From: an uncultured bacterium
GTDB lineage: Bacteria; Patescibacteriota; Patescibacteriia; Patescibacteriales; UBA12465
Direction: 5' to 3'
DNA length: 64,000 nucleotides
Assembly (NCBI GenBank): GCA_938003925.1
Contig: CALKWQ010000023.1
Coordinates: 18,885-82,884, forward strand
The notes beneath the pieces are model-generated. The model did not search any database and was not told the origin of the DNA. It saw only the letters and a program-made list of their open reading frames with translations. Positions 46,961 to 55,731 of this stretch are shown piece by piece (position 1 is the first letter of the stretch; each line of letters opens with the position of its first letter). A program made the translations under genes and the position numbers.

Positions 46961-48901
46961 ATGCCAAAAACAACTAAGAGCCTGACTCAAGAAATTTTAA
47001 TCAAGATTTTTAAAAATCCGGAGCAAGATCTTTTAATGTTTAACGACTTAAATAAAATTGATATTTACGAAAAGGATGAGGGTAAATTTTATATTAAGGC
47101 GATTTCTAAATCAGACGAAGAGAAGCTTGTATACAATACAAAAACCGGAAAATCCGCTCCGGAAGAAATCGTGAGACAGCTTTATCTCGTTCAATTAACA
47201 AAAAATTATAAGTATCCTAAAAATTTAATTGAACTTGAAAAACACGTTAATTTTGGAAGAGAAATAAAAAGAGCAGATATCGTCGTATATAGACCAGATG
47301 GAGTTACTCCAAAAATCATTATAGAAGTAAAAGCTCCAGGCGAAGAAAACGATGTTCAACAATTAAAATCATATTTAAACGCCGAGGGTGCGCCGGTTGG
47401 CGTTGCGGTAAATGGTAAAACAAGACTTATCCTATACCGTCCATACCCAAAAGATTTTGATGACACATTAGATGACATCCCTGCTTACGATGAGGAGGTT
47501 GAAGATGTTTTAGCAAAAAGAAAGACCTTAAATGATCTTAGAGAGGATGATCTCAAACAAACAATCCAAACACTTGAAGAATTAGTTTTAGCAAATTCAG
47601 GTCATGATAGTTTTGATGAAATTTTTAAACTTATTTACGCAAAACTTTACGATGAAAGAGAAGCTCTTTCTAGACCTAATGAGGAGCTTCACTTTAGAAA
47701 AAGTCCCACAGGAAAACCAGAGGAAACTAAACGTATAATTGATGAACTATTTGATGAAGCAAAAGCTGAGTGGTCTGATGTTTTTGAAAAAACAGATAAA
47801 ATAAAATTAAGCCCTGAACACTTATCAGTATGCGTTGGAGAGCTTCAGGACGTGCGTCTTTTTGGCTCAAATTTACGTATTATTGACGAAGCTTTCGAAT
47901 ATTTACTTCCAGATGTAGCTAAAGGCAAAAAAGGGCAATATTTCACACCACGTATTGTTATAGATATGTGCGTTCAAATGCTTAACCCACAAAAAAAAGA
48001 ATATGTTGTTGATACAGCCTGTGGAAGCGCTGGCTTCTTAGTCCATGCCATGCAATATGTTTGGAAAAATTTACCTACGGTCGAAGCACGAAAAGACTAC
48101 GCAAGCAGATATCTTTTCGGTATAGATTTTGATGAAAAATCAACAAAAATTAGTAGAGCTATTATGCTCATTGCTGGCGATGGAAAAAGCCACATCTACA
48201 AAACATCATCGCTTGATACTAGGGAGTGGTCAGATCGCTTTATAAGCGAGCTTAAAGAATTAAAGCTAGTTAAAGAATTTGATGACTTTGAAACAAATAG
48301 ACATAATCAAGAAACACTTCAACACCTTGACTTTGACGTTCTTCTTGCTAACCCTCCATTTGCAGGCGAAATAAAAGAAAAACATTTATTAGCTCAGTAT
48401 ACGCTTGGTAAAAACTCTAAGGGAAAAATGCAAAAAAAAGTAGAGAGACATTTACTATTTATAGAAAGAAATCTGGATTTTGTAAAAGCAGGTGGTCGGT
48501 TAGCTGTTGTTTTGCCACAAGGCATTTTCAATAACACAAGCGACGAATATGTTAGAAAACATATAATGGAAAAAGCTCGCATCCTTGCTGTTGTTGGGCT
48601 TCACGGCAACTCTTTTAAACCACACACTGGAACAAAAACCTCAATCATATTTCTACAAAAATGGACAGAGAATGAACTTGATAAAAGCGGTAGCCCAAAA
48701 GTTACCGACTATCCAATTTTCTTTGCAACTCAAAAAAAATCTTTTAAAGATAACAGCGGGAATTATGTCTTTCAAAAAGATAGCGACGGGCAGTTAATTA
48801 AAGATGAAGATAATAATCCGGAATATCTAAGTGATCTTGGAGAAATTGCTGAAGCTTTTGTATCCTGGGGAAAGGAGCAAAATTTAACCTTTTTAAAATA
48901 A
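46961..48901 (+). CDS. Fused PD-(D/E)xK (HSDR_N-like) nuclease domain + gamma-class N6-adenine DNA methyltransferase (BcgI-A / type IIB-IIG-like)
   Basis: The N-terminal RADIVVYRPDG..KIIIEVKAPG is a D...ExK pattern typical of the HSDR_N domain. Methyltransferase motif I is VVDTACGSAGFLV and motif IV is LANPPFAG. No separate HsdR gene is present. Confidence 0.75.
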   Translation: MPKTTKSLTQEILIKIFKNPEQDLLMFNDLNKIDIYEKDEGKFYIKAISKSDEEKLVYNTKTGKSAPEEIVRQLYLVQLTKNYKYPKNLIELEKHVNFGREIKRADIVVYRPDGVTPKIIIEVKAPGEENDVQQLKSYLNAEGAPVGVAVNGKTRLILYRPYPKDFDDTLDDIPAYDEEVEDVLAKRKTLNDLREDDLKQTIQTLEELVLANSGHDSFDEIFKLIYAKLYDEREALSRPNEELHFRKSPTGKPEETKRIIDELFDEAKAEWSDVFEKTDKIKLSPEHLSVCVGELQDVRLFGSNLRIIDEAFEYLLPDVAKGKKGQYFTPRIVIDMCVQMLNPQKKEYVVDTACGSAGFLVHAMQYVWKNLPTVEARKDYASRYLFGIDFDEKSTKISRAIMLIAGDGKSHIYKTSSLDTREWSDRFISELKELKLVKEFDDFETNRHNQETLQHLDFDVLLANPPFAGEIKEKHLLAQYTLGKNSKGKMQKKVERHLLFIERNLDFVKAGGRLAVVLPQGIFNNTSDEYVRKHIMEKARILAVVGLHGNSFKPHTGTKTSIIFLQKWTENELDKSGSPKVTDYPIFFATQKKSFKDNSGNYVFQKDSDGQLIKDEDNNPEYLSDLGEIAEAFVSWGKEQNLTFLK

Positions 48902-48902
48902 T

Positions 48903-50297
48903 ATGAACTGGCAAACAATAGCTCAAAATCATGATCTTAATATATCAACAATAAATCTTTCAGAAATTGAAGGCGCATTTAGACTTGATGCGGATTATTA
49001 CCAACAAAAATTCTACAACATTATAACTAAAATAAAATCAAAAAAATACGATACACTTTCTAATCTCGTAAGTAATAAAACTAAAAAATTTGATAAGAAA
49101 GAAAGTGGATATTTTAATTATTTAGAAATATCTAATATAAACACAACGACGGGGGGCTATAAATTTGAATTGCTTCCCATTGAAGAAGCTCCTTCAAGAG
49201 CACAAAAAAAACTAAACAAAAACGATGTTGTTATTTCGACAGTTCGACCAAACAGAAATGCAGTAGCAATAATTGAAGATGAAAAAGATAAAATGATTGC
49301 TTCTTCTGGTTTTTGCGTTTTAAAATCAAAAAATATAAATCCTTATTTTTTATTTACATTTTTTAAAACTAAACCAATTATAGATTTACTGATTAGAAAA
49401 ACCACAGCCACAATGTACCCAGCAGTTTCTGAGCAGGATATATTAAATCTGCCAATTCCATTGCCGAGTTCATTTTTTGAAAAAGAAATTGAAAAAATTA
49501 TAAAAAATGTAAAAGATTTTCAGGAAAAAGCCGAATTAGAATATCAAGAAGCGGAACAATCATTTATTAAAGAGATAAATCTCGATGGTTATATTACAAA
49601 AGACAATAATATTTCAATACGAAATCTCAAAGAATGCCTTAATGATAACCGTTTTGATGCCGAGTATTGGCAACCAAAATATGATGAAATAGAAAATAAA
49701 GTTTCTTTCATAAAACAAGAAAAACTTGAAGATATGGTGTCTATCAAGAAAGGTGTTGAAACCGGAAGCGAGGCTTACAGTGAAGAAGGTAATCTTTTTT
49801 TCAGAGTTTCTGATTTTTCAATTTATGGATTTGACGAGGGAGAAAAAAGGATATCGGAAGAATTATATGAGAAATTAAAGAAAAATTTTAAACCATTAAA
49901 AGAGGAGATACTTTTTACAAAAGATGGAACTATTGGCATCTCTTTCGCTCTGCATGAAGATGTTGATGCAATTATAAGCAGTGCCTTTTTAAGATTAAAG
50001 CCTAAGACAAAAATAAATAATGATTATCTCGCTCTAGCTTTAAATTCATCTTACTGTAAAGCTCAAATCGAGAGAATGTCTGGTGGCGCCATTATCGCAC
50101 ATCTTAAGCCGGATAATGTAATAAAAATAAAAATACCAATACTAACGGATGAAAAACAAGAGAATATTGCTCACAAAGTATCGAATGCTTTTCGGCTAAG
50201 AAACGAGGCAAAGAATATGCTTGAAAAGGCAAAAAAAACTGTTGAACTTTTTATTGAACAAGACGAGGAAGAAGCTTTAAAATACTTAAAATCGTAA
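48903..50297 (+). CDS. Restriction-modification specificity subunit (HsdS-like, two target-recognition domains)
   Basis: 464 aa with two TRD halves, each followed by conserved helices (DYYQQKF.. / DAEYWQPKY..) and STVRPNRNAV-type motifs. Starts 1 nt after the upstream stop. Confidence 0.8.
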   Translation: MNWQTIAQNHDLNISTINLSEIEGAFRLDADYYQQKFYNIITKIKSKKYDTLSNLVSNKTKKFDKKESGYFNYLEISNINTTTGGYKFELLPIEEAPSRAQKKLNKNDVVISTVRPNRNAVAIIEDEKDKMIASSGFCVLKSKNINPYFLFTFFKTKPIIDLLIRKTTATMYPAVSEQDILNLPIPLPSSFFEKEIEKIIKNVKDFQEKAELEYQEAEQSFIKEINLDGYITKDNNISIRNLKECLNDNRFDAEYWQPKYDEIENKVSFIKQEKLEDMVSIKKGVETGSEAYSEEGNLFFRVSDFSIYGFDEGEKRISEELYEKLKKNFKPLKEEILFTKDGTIGISFALHEDVDAIISSAFLRLKPKTKINNDYLALALNSSYCKAQIERMSGGAIIAHLKPDNVIKIKIPILTDEKQENIAHKVSNAFRLRNEAKNMLEKAKKTVELFIEQDEEEALKYLKS

Positions 50298-50333
50298 AAT
50301 GTTTAATTGCTCTAATAAAAATATTTACACAAT

Positions 50334-50359
50334 AAAAACAGGCGATTTTGCCTGTTTTT
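50334..50359 (+). terminator. Intrinsic terminator separating the two RM-like operons
   Basis: ACAGGC-GATTTT-GCCTGT plus T-run. Confidence 0.65.
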
Positions 50360-50528
50360 ATGTAACATTTTATATATCTATAAACATTACGATGCTTATT
50401 TTATATTAGTTTAACATATTATTTTTAATAAGAAGAGTAAACCCTTAAAAAATAAGGGGATGAGCTAACTATGGATCTTTATTTCTAGAAGTGCTATTAT
50501 TTAAGTAGATAAATTAAATTATAAATAT

Positions 50529-51827
50529 ATGGAAAAGCTACAAATAAATGCTGACCCAAGTAAAAAATTTTTTATTGAAATGTTGACAAGGGATATCAGT
50601 TTAATTGACTGTATTCTTGATTTAATCGACAACTCTGTTGATAGCATAATAAAAGCCGCAAAGTTTGACCCGATGAAAGGACTGTATGGTAAAGAAAAAC
50701 CATTAGATGCTTATAAAATATCTGTAAATTTTAACAAAACTACATTTTCTATTGTTGATAATTCAATCGGCATTACTAAGAGTGACGCTGAAAATAAAGT
50801 ATTTAGATTTGGGTCTAATCAAGAAGAAGGAAATGAAGCTGGTCTTAGTGTATATGGAATCGGAATGAAACGATCTTTCTTAAAAATAGGAAGAGAAATA
50901 AATTTTAAAACAAAAAATAAAAAAGAGACAATTGAAGTAGACATTGATGTGTTAAAATGGCTAAAAAGCGCCGACTGGGACTTCAGCGGAAAAGTTAATA
51001 CTTCAAGCGGTGCAACGGGGACGGTCATAAAAGTGTCAAATTTGTACGATAATATAATTTCTAATTTTAAAGATCAAACTTTTGAAAATAGATTATTAGA
51101 TAAAATAAATGAAGTTTATGGTATTTTTTTATTAAACAAGTTAAAAATTGAAGTAAACGGGAAAAAGGCTACTCCAGTAATTCCAAAAATTGCGGTTTCA
51201 GCTAAGATAAAACCATCCATTGACTCTTTTGATGTAAAAGGAGTGCATGTAAAAATTATAGCGGGATTAACCCATGAAGATTCGAAAAGCTTAAACGGTT
51301 GGTATGTGTTTTGTAATGGCAGACTTATTTTAAGTGGCGACAAGACAGATCGAACTGGATGGGGTGGTGCTAATTTAAGACAATTCCACTCTAGCGTAAA
51401 CCGTTTTGTTGGTTTCGCCTATTTTGAAAGCTCAAAAGTGTCATTACTACCATGGACAACAACTAAAGATGGAGTAAACTTTGACTCTGTTATTTATCAA
51501 TACGCATTAAACGAAATGGTAAAAACCGCTCAACCAATAGTTTCATATTTAACTAACTTATATAAAACAGATAAAAATCTTGAGGGTTTAAGAAGCGCTA
51601 TAAATATAAGCAATGAAACTCCGTTAAACGACATTAAGATAAACAAGCAATCTTTTTCAGCACCAAGCATTATTGAATCGAGAACAAAAGATGAAAGAGA
51701 AAAAATATCCTACACAGTATCTATTGAAGATATGAAAAAAATAAGAAAAATAATAGGAAACAACAAAATATCAAATACTAAAATAGGAGAAAAAACATTT
51801 TACTACTTTATTGAATACGAATCTTAA
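50529..51827 (+). CDS. GHKL-superfamily ATPase (HATPase_c_3 / MORC-MutL-like)
   Basis: N-box ILDLIDNSVDS, G1 box VDNSIGIT, G2 box GLSVYGIGMKRS, G3-like GTVIKVSNL, and a later GWYVFCNGRLI segment typical of prokaryotic MORC-like ATPases. Confidence 0.7.
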   Translation: MEKLQINADPSKKFFIEMLTRDISLIDCILDLIDNSVDSIIKAAKFDPMKGLYGKEKPLDAYKISVNFNKTTFSIVDNSIGITKSDAENKVFRFGSNQEEGNEAGLSVYGIGMKRSFLKIGREINFKTKNKKETIEVDIDVLKWLKSADWDFSGKVNTSSGATGTVIKVSNLYDNIISNFKDQTFENRLLDKINEVYGIFLLNKLKIEVNGKKATPVIPKIAVSAKIKPSIDSFDVKGVHVKIIAGLTHEDSKSLNGWYVFCNGRLILSGDKTDRTGWGGANLRQFHSSVNRFVGFAYFESSKVSLLPWTTTKDGVNFDSVIYQYALNEMVKTAQPIVSYLTNLYKTDKNLEGLRSAINISNETPLNDIKINKQSFSAPSIIESRTKDEREKISYTVSIEDMKKIRKIIGNNKISNTKIGEKTFYYFIEYES

Positions 51828-51831
51828 TTAT

Positions 51832-52815
51832 ATGAAAAGTAGAAAGCTAAATTATATAACAAGACCATCAAAGCATATCGAAAGAAAAATATTCGTAGAT
51901 GTTTTAAGATGTTTATCAAAAATTGGATATAATATCCCTAAATATCATTATGTAGGTTTTGGTAGTTATTATTACGCCGATTTTATTCTTTTTAATAGGC
52001 ACTTATCTATAACTGACATGACATGCTTAGAAAATGATAAAGATATAAAGAAAAGAATGGAATTTAATAAACCCTTCAAATTTATTGATTTAAAAATTGA
52101 AGATTGTGGGAAATTTATTACAAAAATTGATAAAAGTAAACGATATATTGTCTGGCTGGATTTTGAAAAAAAATTAAATAAAACAATTTTAGTAAATATA
52201 AAATCTTTAATTCACTCTTTAAAAGATGGGAGTTTATTTATTATTACTGTGAATGCTGATTCCAAAGAAATGTCCGGTTTAGAATTCGCTAACGAAGCAA
52301 TCTCTAGTGAATTTAACAAAAAACAAATTGACCTGCTATATCAAAAAAGTAGTGAGGAATTAAACCCCTTTTGTGGCGAAATCAAAAGAAATGATGTATC
52401 TCCAAAAAATCTTCCTAGTTTATACTCCAAAACTATAAAAAACGCCATTATAAACGCACTGATAGCCCGATCAGGGGAATCATCCTTCTATCAACTTTTT
52501 AATTACATTTACCAAGATGGCGCAAGAATGTTAACATTCGGCGGAATCATAGATAGTAATAATAAAGAAACGATAATAAATGAGTCACTGAGTGGTATAA
52601 AAAAATATATAAATTATGATGAAATACCTACAAAGATAGAATTACCGTCTTTAACGTTAAAAGAAAAAATATATTTAGATCAAAATATTGAAAAGAATGA
52701 CAAAATAAAAGGTGGCTTAAGCGGGCTACCCTTTGAGTTGAGTTCAGAGGAACTTCTCAACTATTTAAAATTTTCAAAACACTATCCTACTTTCTACGAA
52801 ACCATCATAAACTAA
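51832..52815 (+). CDS. Unknown 327-aa protein, translationally coupled partner of the GHKL ATPase
   Basis: Its ATG is 4 nt after the GHKL stop, and its stop is 1 nt before the MTase ATG. The alternating strand/helix pattern (YVGFGSYYYADF, CLENDKD, YIVWLDFE, LFIITVNAD) is weakly reminiscent of a Rossmann-like fold. No known motif recognised. Confidence 0.4.
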   Translation: MKSRKLNYITRPSKHIERKIFVDVLRCLSKIGYNIPKYHYVGFGSYYYADFILFNRHLSITDMTCLENDKDIKKRMEFNKPFKFIDLKIEDCGKFITKIDKSKRYIVWLDFEKKLNKTILVNIKSLIHSLKDGSLFIITVNADSKEMSGLEFANEAISSEFNKKQIDLLYQKSSEELNPFCGEIKRNDVSPKNLPSLYSKTIKNAIINALIARSGESSFYQLFNYIYQDGARMLTFGGIIDSNNKETIINESLSGIKKYINYDEIPTKIELPSLTLKEKIYLDQNIEKNDKIKGGLSGLPFELSSEELLNYLKFSKHYPTFYETIIN

Positions 52816-52816
52816 A

Positions 52817-53701
52817 ATGAAAGACAAAATTATATTAAAAAGCAAGGCAAAATATATTCTCTATGAGGGGGATTGTCTTAACTTAATAAAAAATATTCCT
52901 GACAATTCAATTGATCTTGTTGTTACATCGCCACCTTATTGTATGGGTAAGGAATATGATAAATCATGCGAAGTTGATTATTTTATAAATTTACATGAAA
53001 AAATATTTCCAGATGTTGTTAGAGTTTTGAAGCCTGGAGGTAGCTTGTGTTGGCAAATTGGTTATTATGTAAATAATGGTGATGTAATCCCACTGGATTA
53101 CCTAATTTATGATTTATTAAAAGAACAAAAAGAGTTGTTTCTAAAAAATAGAATTATATGGCATTATGGGCATGGCTTTCATAGCTCTAAAAGATTTAGT
53201 GGTAGACACGAGGTTGTGCTATGGTTTACTAAAGGAAAAGATTCATACAAGTTTAATCTCGATAATGTAAGGGTGCCTCAAAAATATCCCGGCAAAACTT
53301 ATTATAAGGGAAAAAGAAAAGGAGAATTTAGTGGTAATCCTTTAGGGAAAAACCCTGCTGATATATGGGAAATTCCAAATGTCAACGCAAACCACATGGA
53401 AAAAACTGAACACCCTTGTCAATTTCCAGTAGCTTTAATACAGAGGTTAGTGTTAGCACTTACTAACAAAGGTGATATCGTTTTAGACCCATTTATGGGC
53501 TCAGGGAGCGCTGGTATAGCGACTATTGTGGAAGGAAGAAGATTTATTGGATTCGATAATGATAAAAAATACTACAAGATAGCCAAAAAAAGATGTGAGG
53601 AATCAGTGGCTGGTAAAATTAAATTTAGAGCATATGATAAACCCATAATGGAGCCGAATCAGAAAATGGCAGTAGCCAGAAAGCCAGCATCATTTAAATA
53701 A
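52817..53701 (+). CDS. Beta-class N4-cytosine/N6-adenine DNA methyltransferase (N6_N4_Mtase family)
   Basis: Motif IV DLVVTSPPYC comes before motif I LDPFMGSGSAGIA..GFDND, which is the beta-class order. SPPY is more common in m4C enzymes. Confidence 0.85.
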   Translation: MKDKIILKSKAKYILYEGDCLNLIKNIPDNSIDLVVTSPPYCMGKEYDKSCEVDYFINLHEKIFPDVVRVLKPGGSLCWQIGYYVNNGDVIPLDYLIYDLLKEQKELFLKNRIIWHYGHGFHSSKRFSGRHEVVLWFTKGKDSYKFNLDNVRVPQKYPGKTYYKGKRKGEFSGNPLGKNPADIWEIPNVNANHMEKTEHPCQFPVALIQRLVLALTNKGDIVLDPFMGSGSAGIATIVEGRRFIGFDNDKKYYKIAKKRCEESVAGKIKFRAYDKPIMEPNQKMAVARKPASFK

Positions 53702-53702
53702 T

Positions 53703-53731
53703 AAAAAAAAGACGTTGACCACGTCTTTTTT
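53703..53731. terminator. Bidirectional terminator between convergent genes
   Basis: AGACGT-TGACC-ACGTCT flanked by an A-run and a T-run. Confidence 0.7.
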
Positions 53732-53753
53732 GAAAATATATAAATTAAAAACC

Positions 53754-54578
53754 TTATTTAATATCCACGCCTACTGGTGTTGCTTTTTTATTACCGCCAT
53801 CCTCTAAACAGTATAATATTTCATAGCTACTTCCGTCATTAGACTGATATGAATACAAAAAATTATACTTATTCAATGGATCCTTGGGTAAATTAGACAT
53901 ATAAACAACTCCAGAGTCTTTTGTGATTATCTTTGACAAATCTTCAATATTACTAGCTATCGGATACAAATTGTTATCATTGTAATAAAGCTCTAAGGCT
54001 GTTTGTAGTTGCTTAATGTCAGATATTCTCCTTGCATCTCGTGCTTTTTTTCTCGCTGAATTTAAAGCCACTGCGGACAAGGTTGATAATACAGCTGTTA
54101 TAAACACAACTGTAATAATAATTATATATAAAGGAACTGCCATTTTAGATAAGAACGGTATTGCATTATATAAAAACGCAAAAAGGTTAATAACAAGCAA
54201 CCAACTCATTAAAGACTGAAAATATTTAAAAGGACTCTTGAAGAGACGAAATCTATAATCATCAGAATTTGCTTTTAAAAATATTTGACTAATTTGATTT
54301 CGAACATCTTCATAATATTCGTATTGAATTGAAATTTTATTTAAAGAGAAATTTACTACATAGCCAAAAAGCAATAGCGGTAACAAAAGAAACCATGTCA
54401 TTAAGACGTTGGTGTTATTATAAATTTTGTAGTTAATTAGCGTTACTACGATGGTTGATATAGCGAATATAGTAGTAAAATAGAATTTGATTAAATCGAT
54501 TTGTATATCATTAAGTTTTTGCGACTTTAAATCACACTGCTTAAGCTCTTCTAGCAAATATGTCTTATATGCATCCAT
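53754..54578 (-). CDS. Polytopic membrane protein with a C-terminal type IV pilin/pseudopilin-like domain
   Basis: The N-terminal about 165 aa have 4-5 TM helices. Then ..LNSARKKARDARRISDIKQLQTALELYYNDNNLYP...PKDP..Y.Y...G..Y.L matches the post-helix region of CPR-type pilins. There is no prepilin G/FTLIE cleavage motif. Confidence 0.5.
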   Translation of the reverse strand: MDAYKTYLLEELKQCDLKSQKLNDIQIDLIKFYFTTIFAISTIVVTLINYKIYNNTNVLMTWFLLLPLLLFGYVVNFSLNKISIQYEYYEDVRNQISQIFLKANSDDYRFRLFKSPFKYFQSLMSWLLVINLFAFLYNAIPFLSKMAVPLYIIIITVVFITAVLSTLSAVALNSARKKARDARRISDIKQLQTALELYYNDNNLYPIASNIEDLSKIITKDSGVVYMSNLPKDPLNKYNFLYSYQSNDGSSYEILYCLEDGGNKKATPVGVDIK

Positions 54579-54686
54579 GGCTTTATATTTATTTATTGAA
54601 GTTTAATATAATAATATTACAACTTAAATAAGCGAAAATCAATTTATAATCTTAATACTTTTTAATTTTTATAACCCCGGTAATAA

Positions 54687-54715
54687 TTGGACTTTAATTC
54701 AAAAATATGATAAAT
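54687..54715 (+). promoter_or_regulatory. Promoter with extended -10 (TTGGAC-N17-TGATAAAT)
   Basis: TTGGAC at 54687-92, a 17-nt spacer ending in TG, then ATAAAT at 54710-15. Confidence 0.5.
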
Positions 54716-54722
54716 TTTCATT

Positions 54723-54868
54723 GACTACCTACAATTATTAGTAATAAAAGCACGAACAGACTGCTCAGTCTTTGCCGTTTTACGGACAGAAATGGGCAGT
54801 TGACCTCCGCAAAACGGTAGCTTCGTGCTATTGCTAATAGTGGGTAGTCTGGTTGACTGCCCTTTTTT
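54723..54868 (+). ncRNA. Candidate structured RNA of unknown class (about 145 nt) carried by the island
   Basis: The closing helix pairs 54723-54756 with 54822-54849. Internal hairpins are CCGTTTT..AAAACGG and AGACTG..CAGTCT. GGGCAGTTGACC (54794-54805) can pair with GGTTGACTGCCC (54851-54862). The RNA ends in T6. No ORF. Confidence 0.4.
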
Positions 54869-55247
54869 GTTTGCCTAATTAACAAATTCCTAGTCAATAG
54901 AGTCTTAAAAAGATGCGGAATATTGCGGATTTTAAAAATATCTTTTTTCTTTAAAACGGCAACTAAACTACCTATACTTAATTCAATAAAGCCAATATTT
55001 ACAAGGTTTTTATATAAGGATTGACCAACTTACGCAGAGAGGATTAGCCAAAACACAAAAATAAAAATCCGCATCCACAAAAAATCATTCTTATTCCAAC
55101 AAAAAGACAAGGCTCAACTATTTATTTTCTAAATATTAAAAGCTAGCTATTAGTGGAAACCTGGAGTATGATGCTGTTGAAAAAAATAATGAGCCACCAT
55201 AAACAATATTATGTATTTTAAATTATTAAAACGATAATTATAAATTT

Positions 55248-55667
55248 ATGCCAGAAAAGCGCCCAAATAACAAAATTAAGTGGATCGTTGGCTTAACCTT
55301 GTTTTTCATTTTTGTCATTATTATTTCCATGACAAGCGAAGGCACGCCATCAAAAGAAACGACACATAAAGAGATTAGTAATATGACCTCTTTGCAAAAA
55401 ATGACTATTGCCTTTGATGGCGGTTATTCGGAAAAAGAGATTAAAGACAAAATCACTGAAGCTATGGTTTTATATAACATGCCAATAACGGAAGAAGATT
55501 ACAGTCGCGCCGGCAGTGTATTGGTTGCACTAAAACAACAAGAAAAAATAGAAGAAATGCTTATTTTGGATTATATGATCAATAAATTATATACCCCAAA
55601 CATTAACCTAACCTTTCCTGGAGCCGCAGCTCTATCTGTTACGATTTTAAAAACCGGAGCCAATTAA
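55248..55667 (+). CDS. Hypothetical membrane-anchored protein
   Basis: 139 aa with a single N-terminal TM helix. No motif. Confidence 0.35.
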   Translation: MPEKRPNNKIKWIVGLTLFFIFVIIISMTSEGTPSKETTHKEISNMTSLQKMTIAFDGGYSEKEIKDKITEAMVLYNMPITEEDYSRAGSVLVALKQQEKIEEMLILDYMINKLYTPNINLTFPGAAALSVTILKTGAN

Positions 55668-55731
55668 AAACACCGTCTTCAACATTATCAAAAAAGTTGC
55701 TAAACTCTAACTAAGAGTTTATAGCAATTAT

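Noticed and set aside
54723-54868. Island ncRNA considered as a tRNA-like gene, a type III toxin-antitoxin repeat RNA, or a retron msr/msd.
   Set aside because: It has no cloverleaf, no tandem repeat units, and no reverse transcriptase or ToxN/AbiE-like gene nearby.
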